Source of the DNA: a virus
Virus record (IMG/VR): IMGVR_UViG_3300029922_000003
Reading direction: 5' to 3' (one strand)
Length of the DNA: 64,000 nucleotides
The first letter of the stretch is position 1, and each line of letters opens with the position of its first letter. The position numbers and the translations under genes are program-made. Shown one piece after another: positions 27,447 through 35,066 of the stretch. The notes below the pieces were generated by a model. It was not told the DNA's origin. It saw only the letters and a program-made list of their open reading frames with translations, and searched no databases.

Positions 27447-27785
27447 TTACCAGTCGAATCCAACATCAATTTGACTCCCATGATAGGGGTCGTCTATTGA
27501 GTTTATGCTGGATCCAAGTGTCCTGATGATATTGTCAGCATATGATTCTGGTTTCTCTTTGAGGACCTTGCTGACCCTTTTGACTTTCGCCCTACACAAA
27601 GCTGCCTTCCCCTTAGCAGACTTGAAGTACCTCTTCGCGCTCTTCTTCCCAGACTCGGACTGCCTCCAGTCTTTGATGTACTTCTTGCCAGCTTCTGTAG
27701 CACTCCACCACTTTCTGTAAGCAGGATTTGGCTTCCCATTTATTCTGGATGGTGGTCTCTCTGTTGTAGCCTCAGTTTGTTTCAC
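27447..27785 (-). CDS. basic helical-repeat protein
   Basis: Three [WY]..S/T..GK units; GTG start with strong SD. Confidence 0.6.
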   Translation of the reverse strand: MKQTEATTERPPSRINGKPNPAYRKWWSATEAGKKYIKDWRQSESGKKSAKRYFKSAKGKAALCRAKVKRVSKVLKEKPESYADNIIRTLGSSINSIDDPYHGSQIDVGFDW

Positions 27786-27805
27786 TTTTACCTCCTTGTT
27801 TGTTG

Positions 27806-28372
27806 TTATACTACCGCTATCTGTTCGTACTCTTTAATTGCAGACAGGTCCCATACGCAACCCCCAGTGACATCCCACCCCCAAAATGGAGATATATAGT
27901 CACCAGTATCTGAAGAGTGCAAAAGCTTGGGATTTGCCACAACTATTCCTTTGTGTTGGGCTGCTACCCTACTCCAATCAGTTATTCCAACTCGAGCCGC
28001 AAAGTCTTGCTCACTACACCCATCTTTGTCAGCTTTATCCCATTCAAATGGATCTACCATGAATTCCCGGACAAAATCACTTACATCCTCAATTGTATTG
28101 AGTACCAAGAAGTCTTGTTTGTGGAACTCAAAAAGTAGAACCCTTTTGTATATAGATAACCTTTCTTCCCCCCAGTCATCGTCTTTGATTCCAACTAGGA
28201 AGTCGAACCACTCGGTTCCGTGTGAGAACCAAATCCCCCTGGGCTTTCTTCTGGTCTTTTGCTCATAGGGATAATTGAGATTAAGGTGTTCTATCCTAGT
28301 TAGAGAAACTGGCTTGTCTTGATACATCGACAAGCTGTCCCTAATCTTAGCCCAATACCGCTTATCAAACAT
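27806..28372 (-). CDS. phage hypothetical protein
   Basis: Start revised to ATG 28372 (SD GGAGG); KPRGIWFS...GWDV..GCVWD pattern. Confidence 0.6.
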   Translation of the reverse strand: MFDKRYWAKIRDSLSMYQDKPVSLTRIEHLNLNYPYEQKTRRKPRGIWFSHGTEWFDFLVGIKDDDWGEERLSIYKRVLLFEFHKQDFLVLNTIEDVSDFVREFMVDPFEWDKADKDGCSEQDFAARVGITDWSRVAAQHKGIVVANPKLLHSSDTGDYISPFWGWDVTGGCVWDLSAIKEYEQIAVV

Positions 28373-28449
28373 ATGCCTCCTCTTGTTGTTTGTTGTTAAC
28401 CTCCAATAGCTGCCCACCCCTATAGGGATGAGCAGACTTGATTGTTACT

Positions 28450-28926
28450 CTACTGGGGGGGGCGACCCATTGGAAGACCAGCAGGAGAGGGAGTTGTCCT
28501 TCTCGACTCATCCTTCGCTTTTTGTGTCATCTTGGGGATCGCTTTACCTTTTAGACGACGTATGTCGAAGTCTGCAGGGTCGATCATCTCGCCAGTCTTT
28601 GGGATTGTACCCTTGGGCTGAACAAGTACGTGAACGCACCCATTGGTGTGTTCGGTGAGGCCGATTGCCATTCCTTTGAAGCCGCTAGCCTCATCCTCGA
28701 CCTCTGTGCCTAGGATTTGACGTGGCATCAAATCTTCCTCAAGGGTGCCACCATTGATCCTGGAGGCAGCAATGTACTCGGGTTTCAGAGGCTGAAGGGT
28801 CTCGGGGTTTAGCCCCTTTGGCTGAAAGATATAGCTTTCATTTCCACTCAGGCTCACATGCTTGTGAGTCAAGCGCCCCTTGATACCAGTTGCTTTGTCC
28901 GTTACTGATGTGTTTAGTTTAAACAT
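28450..28926 (-). CDS. phage protein with an internally duplicated small domain
   Basis: V.D..TG.KG......G......QPKG occurs twice. Confidence 0.65.
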   Translation of the reverse strand: MFKLNTSVTDKATGIKGRLTHKHVSLSGNESYIFQPKGLNPETLQPLKPEYIAASRINGGTLEEDLMPRQILGTEVEDEASGFKGMAIGLTEHTNGCVHVLVQPKGTIPKTGEMIDPADFDIRRLKGKAIPKMTQKAKDESRRTTPSPAGLPMGRPPQ

Positions 28927-28956
28927 TTTCGTTTTCCTTTGTTTGTTGTTTTTGTG

Positions 28957-29256
28957 TTAGACGAGATCCTGCTGTTGTGGCAGGTCGTCTGCGTGTAGTC
29001 CTCTCGATATGGCATCTCGCAAGATATCTCCAATGGAAACATCCTCCTGAATGGATTGTGAAATCAGCTTTCTGAGTTGCACAATAGTTAAAGCATCAAG
29101 GTTAATCTCAACCGGCACCCAAGGCACCAGAGTTATTGACCCATCCTGATTAGCTCGAATGGTGAACTTATCCCCACATTCGATTCCCAATTCTGCCACT
29201 TCTTCATCACTGAACTGGATGAAGTATTCTTCTTTGGACTGCACAACCTTCTTCAT
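28957..29256 (-). CDS. AbrB/SpoVT-like DNA-binding protein
   Basis: Start revised to ATG 29256; YFIQFSDEEVAELGIECGDKFTIRANQDGSITLVP. Confidence 0.6.
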   Translation of the reverse strand: MKKVVQSKEEYFIQFSDEEVAELGIECGDKFTIRANQDGSITLVPWVPVEINLDALTIVQLRKLISQSIQEDVSIGDILRDAISRGLHADDLPQQQDLV

Positions 29257-29287
29257 TTTTGTTTGTTTGCTTGTTTTGGTTTGTTGT

Positions 29288-29659
29288 TTACTGACTGATC
29301 TTTTGATCTGATAACCACTTGATCTGCGCATGATCGTTGACACACTTACTGTACCTATTGACCACCCCGGCTGTAGACAATAGCGCTAGCGCACCAAACA
29401 CCACTGTAAGGATAGCGGCAATCATTACTAAAGTGTCTCTCTGTTGCTGGGATGTCGTGACCCTTTTAACCATGCTTGGCCGCGCATTTTCAATAAGCGA
29501 AATGACACTCCCCACAGCTAGCCATCCAAATAGCATAACCCCAGAGAATGCAAACAACGCTACAATCAGGTCTGTGTAAAACGCGAACTCGAACTGGTTT
29601 ATGTAGAACTGCCTACTGGTCTCATCAAGTGCTGCACTGTATTCGATAATTGGATTCAA
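29288..29659 (-). CDS. two-TM membrane protein
   Basis: TTG start right after the upstream stop, with AGGAGG. Confidence 0.55.
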   Translation of the reverse strand: MNPIIEYSAALDETSRQFYINQFEFAFYTDLIVALFAFSGVMLFGWLAVGSVISLIENARPSMVKRVTTSQQQRDTLVMIAAILTVVFGALALLSTAGVVNRYSKCVNDHAQIKWLSDQKISQ

Positions 29660-30013
29660 TTATTCCTCCTTTTTGATTTTGTATTTGAAGACATTAACTG
29701 TTGAAGTTTTGTCCTCCTGAAGGACATGGACAAGGACCAAAAAGTGTGTTTTGTCTAATGAGTAAACAGGGTTAGTGCTGGAAATAGTGACTTTTGTATC
29801 TTTCTCTTCAGCAGCTTCCGTCATACCATCTACAGCCTCTTTCTGAAAGGCATACACTTCGGGGTACTTGCCCTCGTCAACTTCCTCACCATGTGAGATG
29901 CTGTCGTCATCAAAGAGTAAATCCATGTCAAAGACATTGGGATCTATCACCTTGATAGCTTCTACCATCTTGAGCCTGGTGGGCTCAATTAGTATTTGTC
30001 TTAGTATATCCAT
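29660..30013 (-). CDS. acidic hypothetical protein
   Basis: 117 aa. Confidence 0.6.
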   Translation of the reverse strand: MDILRQILIEPTRLKMVEAIKVIDPNVFDMDLLFDDDSISHGEEVDEGKYPEVYAFQKEAVDGMTEAAEEKDTKVTISSTNPVYSLDKTHFLVLVHVLQEDKTSTVNVFKYKIKKEE

Positions 30014-30026
30014 TCTTGTTGTTAGT

Positions 30027-30101
30027 TGGTGTGCCCGACAGGACTCGAACCTATAACCAGCTCTTTAGAAAAAAGCTGCTCTTCCATTGAGCTACGAGCA
30101 C
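30027..30101 (-). tRNA. tRNA-Arg(UCU)
   Basis: GTGCTCG acceptor, GCTC D-stem, GCTTT-TTTCTAA-AGAGC anticodon arm, TTCGAGT T-loop, encoded ACCA. Confidence 0.9.
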
Positions 30102-30113
30102 ACTAAAAACTAA

Positions 30114-30398
30114 TTAAGCGTCGATATCCGGCGCTTCGTTCTGGCCCTTCCACATTGCTGTGGTTTGGGGTGCAGACTGATCTGAGGCTGGTTGGTGGAG
30201 TGGCTCATCGGAGAAAATTCCGATCACCGCCTCAATAACCTTTTCCTCATCCTTGGTCTGTCCTGCACCACAGACGGCATTGCCAATGGCAGTGACGGTT
30301 GTAGCAAGGGCAAGCCCCTCCTTCGCTCCCATCTGGGACTCGATGAATTCTGCCATTTCCTTGGCGGCATACGCCAAGTCTTCTTTTGATTTAATCAT
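30114..30398 (-). CDS. hypothetical protein
   Basis: 94 aa. Confidence 0.55.
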   Translation of the reverse strand: MIKSKEDLAYAAKEMAEFIESQMGAKEGLALATTVTAIGNAVCGAGQTKDEEKVIEAVIGIFSDEPLHQPASDQSAPQTTAMWKGQNEAPDIDA

Positions 30399-30415
30399 TG
30401 TTGGTGTGTTTGTTG

Positions 30416-30685
30416 TTACTTGGACTGAGCTGGAATTTTTCCCAGATCAGCCAATCGTTTGTTCTCTCGCTCTTCCTCACTAACACTGGCAATAGCCAGC
30501 TTTAGCTTGCTTGTGTCCTCTTCCAAGGACTCCCTTGCTAATATCAAATACCTCGTTGAGTCATTTGGTAAATTCAAGAGGTGTTTTTTGTTCAGCTCGT
30601 TGATGCCAGCTAGTGCAGCCTCGAAATTCTTCAAGTGCCTATGCATCCTCTCGAGCCTCGACTCTTCTTCTTCTGTTGTTGCCAT
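30416..30685 (-). CDS. coiled-coil hypothetical protein
   Basis: Start revised to ATG 30685 with GGAGG. Confidence 0.55.
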   Translation of the reverse strand: MATTEEEESRLERMHRHLKNFEAALAGINELNKKHLLNLPNDSTRYLILARESLEEDTSKLKLAIASVSEEERENKRLADLGKIPAQSK

Positions 30686-30692
30686 TTTCCTC

Positions 30693-30884
30693 CTATAGTG
30701 TGAACTTTGATTTACTGTCGTTATCTGGCCCAAGTAGTTCGTCCATTATTCCCTCTTCTTCGAGGTAACGTATGACGGCCTCCTTGTCCAGCTCGGGTGG
30801 GCACTCTACCTCAATGGTATCAGCAAATTCCAATACCGAGACTACGTGCCCACCCTGATAGATGAAGCGCTTAAGGATCCTCAC
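30693..30884 (-). CDS. hypothetical protein
   Basis: 63 aa. Confidence 0.45.
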   Translation of the reverse strand: MRILKRFIYQGGHVVSVLEFADTIEVECPPELDKEAVIRYLEEEGIMDELLGPDNDSKSKFTL

Positions 30885-31152
30885 CTAGCATTTCTCCTGT
30901 AATTGGATTTATGAATACAGACTTAGGCAGTGGTACCCTCAATAGAGAGTAAACCATCGCCTTGCCTTTGTCGGTGAGATAGAACTTCGTTCCCGTTTTG
31001 TCCCCCGCCATAGCAGCGATAAGATCCTGTCCTATTAGCTGATGCGAGGAATGTTTCCATGCCACCTTTTGGGACTCTGAGGGTTCTTCATTGGAATAGT
31101 ATATATGTAGCAAAAGCTCTATATCAGCTGGGCTCCATCTTCTATCTTTCAT
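30871..31152 (-). CDS. small winged-helix-like protein
   Basis: LLHIY...LIGQDLI......FYLTDKGKAMV pattern. Confidence 0.5.
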   Translation of the reverse strand: MKDRRWSPADIELLLHIYYSNEEPSESQKVAWKHSSHQLIGQDLIAAMAGDKTGTKFYLTDKGKAMVYSLLRVPLPKSVFINPITGEMLGEDP

Positions 31153-31409
31153 GATCCACCTCCTTCTGAGTACTCATCCCCCCGGTCGCAGAAGTAGTTG
31201 TGAGCAGCCTTTAGGTCTCGGACAGTTTTCTCTGTCTCTGCGATATCCTCCTTGTCCAACTTGGTCTTCCCCTTTGCTTTGGATGCATCCTTGATCCACT
31301 CCTCAAGGTCTTCAATCTCTGCCTTTAGCAAAGCTGCAGTCATTGCTGTTGTATCGAAGAAGTCTGCAAACCTCTCTCCAAAACTTTTTCTTCTTTTCTT
31401 TCCACTCAT
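31149..31409 (-). CDS. hypothetical protein
   Basis: 86 aa, SD AAAGGAG, ATGA overlap. Confidence 0.6.
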   Translation of the reverse strand: MSGKKRRKSFGERFADFFDTTAMTAALLKAEIEDLEEWIKDASKAKGKTKLDKEDIAETEKTVRDLKAAHNYFCDRGDEYSEGGGS

Positions 31410-31427
31410 CGTTTTTCTCCTTTGTTG

Positions 31428-31643
31428 TTATACAACGGCATTTGCCGCGTATTTGGGTTCTAGTGGTCTGTACTCCTCTGGAGGAGCTATCTCGCCACAC
31501 TTTTCGCACTTCATCTTTGGAATGACGTGCCTGTGGAAGTGGTGGTCATCATAACCACCGCCTTCCTGCTCGTAACCGCAGTGACATATGTACACTGCTG
31601 TAAAATCACGACGATACTGACTCTTGATGTCTTTTATTTTCAT
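31428..31643 (-). CDS. small Zn-ribbon protein
   Basis: CHCG...CEKCG. Confidence 0.65.
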   Translation of the reverse strand: MKIKDIKSQYRRDFTAVYICHCGYEQEGGGYDDHHFHRHVIPKMKCEKCGEIAPPEEYRPLEPKYAANAVV

Positions 31644-32122
31644 TCTGCTATTTCAAAAGGGTCTACCCCTTCTATGAATTCCGGTGTGTACCGACAATAT
31701 GATATTGGAGGGGTACTGATTAAATAAACAGGAGTTATCTTGTCTACTGCATACCCAAACAAAAACCCAAGCACTTGCTGGGCCATAGCACAGTTCTTTT
31801 CTTCTTTATCTAAATCTGTCGAGAATGGATCAATACGGTAAAAACAGTCTTTGAACAATTCAAACACCCAGTCATGTTTATAGATAATAATATCCATAAG
31901 CCCCATTTCACTATCAGAAAACCAGTTTCCTATTCTAGCCTTTACTGGTACATCTAGACGGAATGAGAGTATAGTCTTAAGCTGCTGCTTGAAGTACTTA
32001 GACTGATACACATGAATTGGGATAATACAGTGTGCCATCGCTTTCGCTCCGCCATCCACAGACATTATCATTGCATTTTGAATTACTGTGATTATTGAAC
32101 TAATTTGATCTCGCTGCTGCAT
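31640..32122 (-). CDS. hypothetical protein
   Basis: 160 aa; LGFLFGY motif. Confidence 0.55.
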   Translation of the reverse strand: MQQRDQISSIITVIQNAMIMSVDGGAKAMAHCIIPIHVYQSKYFKQQLKTILSFRLDVPVKARIGNWFSDSEMGLMDIIIYKHDWVFELFKDCFYRIDPFSTDLDKEEKNCAMAQQVLGFLFGYAVDKITPVYLISTPPISYCRYTPEFIEGVDPFEIAE

Positions 32123-32432
32123 CTTGTTCTTTTAGTTTCTTTGTATGAAAGGAGCTCGATATGTGCCAGTGTGAACAATGCTCACACATGTACACTCTCA
32201 GAGCTGATGTATTTCCTTTCTTTGTTCTTAGTAAGTGATTCTTACTATCATTTGCCCCACCTTCCGATGGATACATTGTTTTTCCCGTAGTTGGGCATTT
32301 CTTCTTCTTCTCGAACTTAGGTCCGAGAGATTCGATCAGCTCAATGGGGACATCTTTGGGTGGTAGTCCAATTTCCTTTAGGATCTTGTCTACTACCCCA
32401 TTTGTTGGGCCGAGGCCCTTGACTCCTTTCAT
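32100..32432 (-). CDS. phage Zn-finger protein
   Basis: CPTTGK..Y...LRVYMCEHCSHWHISS. Confidence 0.7.
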   Translation of the reverse strand: MKGVKGLGPTNGVVDKILKEIGLPPKDVPIELIESLGPKFEKKKKCPTTGKTMYPSEGGANDSKNHLLRTKKGNTSALRVYMCEHCSHWHISSSFHTKKLKEQDAAARSN

Positions 32433-32467
32433 AAATTACTCAATTTTAACCAAATTGATTTTTCTCC

Positions 32468-32517
32468 TGTTGATTGTTAAAAATAACCACAAAGCCCCTC
32501 CATGCGGAGGGGATGTG
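32468..32517. repeat. ~50-bp direct repeat with terminator-like hairpin, copy 1
   Basis: TGTTGATTGTTAAAAATAACCACAA-GCCCCTCCATGCGGAGGGG. Confidence 0.9.
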
Positions 32518-32569
32518 ATGATTGACTATTACACAAGAATCTATTCTGTGTGCCTACCTTTAATTTTTA

Positions 32570-33325
32570 TCAGGACTCCTTTTTTACACCACATTCCACG
32601 ACAAATAGTCCCTCTGATATTAAGAATTGTTTCAGCTGCATAGCAAATAGATAGGCAGTATGGGGGGCAAACCTCAAATCAACAGCAAAGCTCTCACGAG
32701 ATGGAGAATAGATCCTGTAAACCAGCTTCCCCTCCAAAACATTAAGATTAATAGCCAAGTGCCTCATTACCAGACGCCCCCCGACACCAGCAATAATAAA
32801 ATCAACCACCCTCGACCAATGCTTGCCAGGCGCTGAAGCTATCCATCGCTCCCCAGTACCCGAATAAAACTTAATCATAGCAAAAAGCCCTACTTCTTTT
32901 TTATATCCACTACGATAAAACCTAAAAGCACGAGTAGTATAAAGATTTTCTGCATAAAAACTCTTACGACTTTTTTGTAACTCCTTTAGCTGAATTTTAA
33001 AATTTGCAATTCCAGTTGGGGAATTTATGTAAAACTTTTTGTTGTAAAATTGTTTTATAAAACTAATGCCCTCCCTTAAATATCTTAGTGCAGTACGGTG
33101 GGGGAACCCGCAATGCCTATAAACCTCTGAGATAGGAATTGGCGGCATTTCTCCAAGTCCATACACCATAGACAAAACCGTGGCTTGATTCTTAGATAAC
33201 TTACATAAGCACATCTTTAAAAAATCCAGCTCAAGTTTGTCCTCTAGATCTTGCCACGGAGGTGGACAGTTGTCCGCAACACCATGCGCCTTTTCTATTT
33301 GTACCACGGTAAAGTTCATTTTCAT
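32570..33325 (-). CDS. sigma70 region-4-like HTH domain fused to unknown domain
   Basis: LCKLSKNQATVLSMVYGLGEMPPIPISEVYRHCGF...ALRYLREGISFIK; no sigma region 2; AT-rich. Confidence 0.6.
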   Translation of the reverse strand: MKMNFTVVQIEKAHGVADNCPPPWQDLEDKLELDFLKMCLCKLSKNQATVLSMVYGLGEMPPIPISEVYRHCGFPHRTALRYLREGISFIKQFYNKKFYINSPTGIANFKIQLKELQKSRKSFYAENLYTTRAFRFYRSGYKKEVGLFAMIKFYSGTGERWIASAPGKHWSRVVDFIIAGVGGRLVMRHLAINLNVLEGKLVYRIYSPSRESFAVDLRFAPHTAYLFAMQLKQFLISEGLFVVECGVKKES

Positions 33326-33334
33326 TTTCCTTTT

Positions 33335-33384
33335 TGTTGATTGTTAAAAATAACCACAATGCCCCTCCATACGGAGGGGCTGTG
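33335..33384. repeat. ~50-bp direct repeat, copy 2
   Basis: TGTTGATTGTTAAAAATAACCACAA-GCCCCTCCATACGGAGGGG. Confidence 0.9.
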
Positions 33385-33397
33385 TGTATTTAGTTAA

Positions 33398-34018
33398 TTA
33401 CTCCTCCTTGAGACTGACACCCATCTCATTAAGCATCCTTACCAACTGCTTTGGTGTTAACCTAGTTGATGCGTAGTGGATGATGACAGACTTGCCATCG
33501 ATACTGTAGGGAGAGGGATTCCCTGGAGTTGCATTGCGAATGGCCTTTGCCTTTTGGCTTTCGATCCAAGCTCTTTGGGCAGGGATGTCACGGACCTTAT
33601 TCCTATCAAATACCTGGCGGCACTGATCGAACGTAAGGTTCTCTGCGTCAATCTGCAGGATAGATACTTCATCGTTTTTGCCGACGATTAATACCTCAAG
33701 TGGACCACTCAGCAATCGGTCCTGATCACTCTTCGCAATGCGAGTCATGTATGAACAGGCTGGGTAGTTCACCGTCAATAGGATTGGGTTGAGCTGCTTG
33801 CGTCCAATCCTCTCGAGCTGGATGATTACATCCTTACCTCCACCAGACTGTTCAGCAACTTCCTGTGCGCTCATCCCAAGATTGTCCATCATATGGACAC
33901 AGACGTTTCCTGCCTCTGCAAGATTTCTAACAGCTTGGGACAGTAATTGCCTAAACTGTGTGATGGCTTTTTGCCGAGCCTCATCCATTGTTTCTGCTAC
34001 TTCTACTACTTCATTCAT
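33398..34018 (-). CDS. hypothetical protein
   Basis: 206 aa. Confidence 0.65.
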   Translation of the reverse strand: MNEVVEVAETMDEARQKAITQFRQLLSQAVRNLAEAGNVCVHMMDNLGMSAQEVAEQSGGGKDVIIQLERIGRKQLNPILLTVNYPACSYMTRIAKSDQDRLLSGPLEVLIVGKNDEVSILQIDAENLTFDQCRQVFDRNKVRDIPAQRAWIESQKAKAIRNATPGNPSPYSIDGKSVIIHYASTRLTPKQLVRMLNEMGVSLKEE

Positions 34019-34514
34019 TTCGGTTGTTTGGTTGTGCCATTTCTGGCGGGTTGTTTTCTGACACTAATGCGCTGGACTGAAAGAATACTTTGACGCATAG
34101 CTCTGAGTGTTTTTTAGCTCTAGCCTTGGCATTTAAAGCTATTTGATGCTCCCGAGCCCTCTCAGGGTTTTGGGCTCTCCATTTGATTGAGTGCATTTTT
34201 TGCATTTCCCGAAACCTCTCAGGATTTTCAGCCTTAAGCTTGTCGCAGTATCTCCTTCGTCTCTCTCGACGCTCCTTCCGAAGCTTCTCAGGATTTTCAG
34301 CTTTCTTTTTTTTCCACCACCTTCTATATGCCTCCCTTCTCCTCTCTAAGAACTTCTCAGGATCTCTAGCTTTACTTTTTTCGTAATGTACTCGAGCCAT
34401 CTGGATCATCTCCCGAAATTTCTCGGGATTTTCAGACTTAAGTTTGTAGTAGCGTTTCCTGGAGTTCTCACTTTTCCTCTCCTTACGCTCTTCCTCAGTA
34501 AAAACTTTTCTCAT
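34011..34514 (-). CDS. basic ENPEK-repeat protein, paralog B
   Basis: Start revised to ATG 34514 (ATGA overlap, SD GGAGG); ENPE[KR] units. Confidence 0.7.
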   Translation of the reverse strand: MRKVFTEEERKERKSENSRKRYYKLKSENPEKFREMIQMARVHYEKSKARDPEKFLERRREAYRRWWKKKKAENPEKLRKERRERRRRYCDKLKAENPERFREMQKMHSIKWRAQNPERAREHQIALNAKARAKKHSELCVKVFFQSSALVSENNPPEMAQPNNRNE

Positions 34515-34930
34515 GTTACCTCCGTTGGTTGAATGTTTCCTGACACTAATAGAGATGATTGGAAGAATACTTTGACACAAAGAGCTGAGTGTTTTTTAGC
34601 TCTAGCCTTGGCATTAAAAGCTATTTGATGCTCACGGGACTTCTCAGGGTTTTGGGCTCTCCATTTGACTGAGTTTATTTTTAGCATTTCCCGAAACCTC
34701 TCAGGATTTTCAGCCCTAAGCTTGTCGGAGTATCTCCTTTGGGACTCTCGAGCTTGCTTCAAAAGCTTCTCAGGGTTTTTAGCCTTAAGCCTGTAGTAGG
34801 TCTCTCTCCCTATCTCCCTTCTCCTCTCTAAAAATTTCTCGGGATTTTCAGCCACCCCTTTGTGGTAGTATCTCCTATAACTCTCTCTTCTCCTCTCCTT
34901 ACGTTCTTCCTCAGTAAGAACTTTTTTCAT
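34511..34930 (-). CDS. basic ENPEK-repeat protein, paralog A
   Basis: Tandem duplicate of 34011-34514 with an identical 23-bp leader. Confidence 0.7.
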   Translation of the reverse strand: MKKVLTEEERKERRRESYRRYYHKGVAENPEKFLERRREIGRETYYRLKAKNPEKLLKQARESQRRYSDKLRAENPERFREMLKINSVKWRAQNPEKSREHQIAFNAKARAKKHSALCVKVFFQSSLLVSGNIQPTEVT

Positions 34931-35066
34931 GTTACCTCCGTTGGTTGAATTTTACGGATGGATAAAGAATCCATTCCATTACATTATGGCGAAAACAAGC
35001 CCTCTTTTGACCCACCCATAAATGCACACTAGCGCACAGCTAGTATCTAAAGAAAACACTAAAGGA

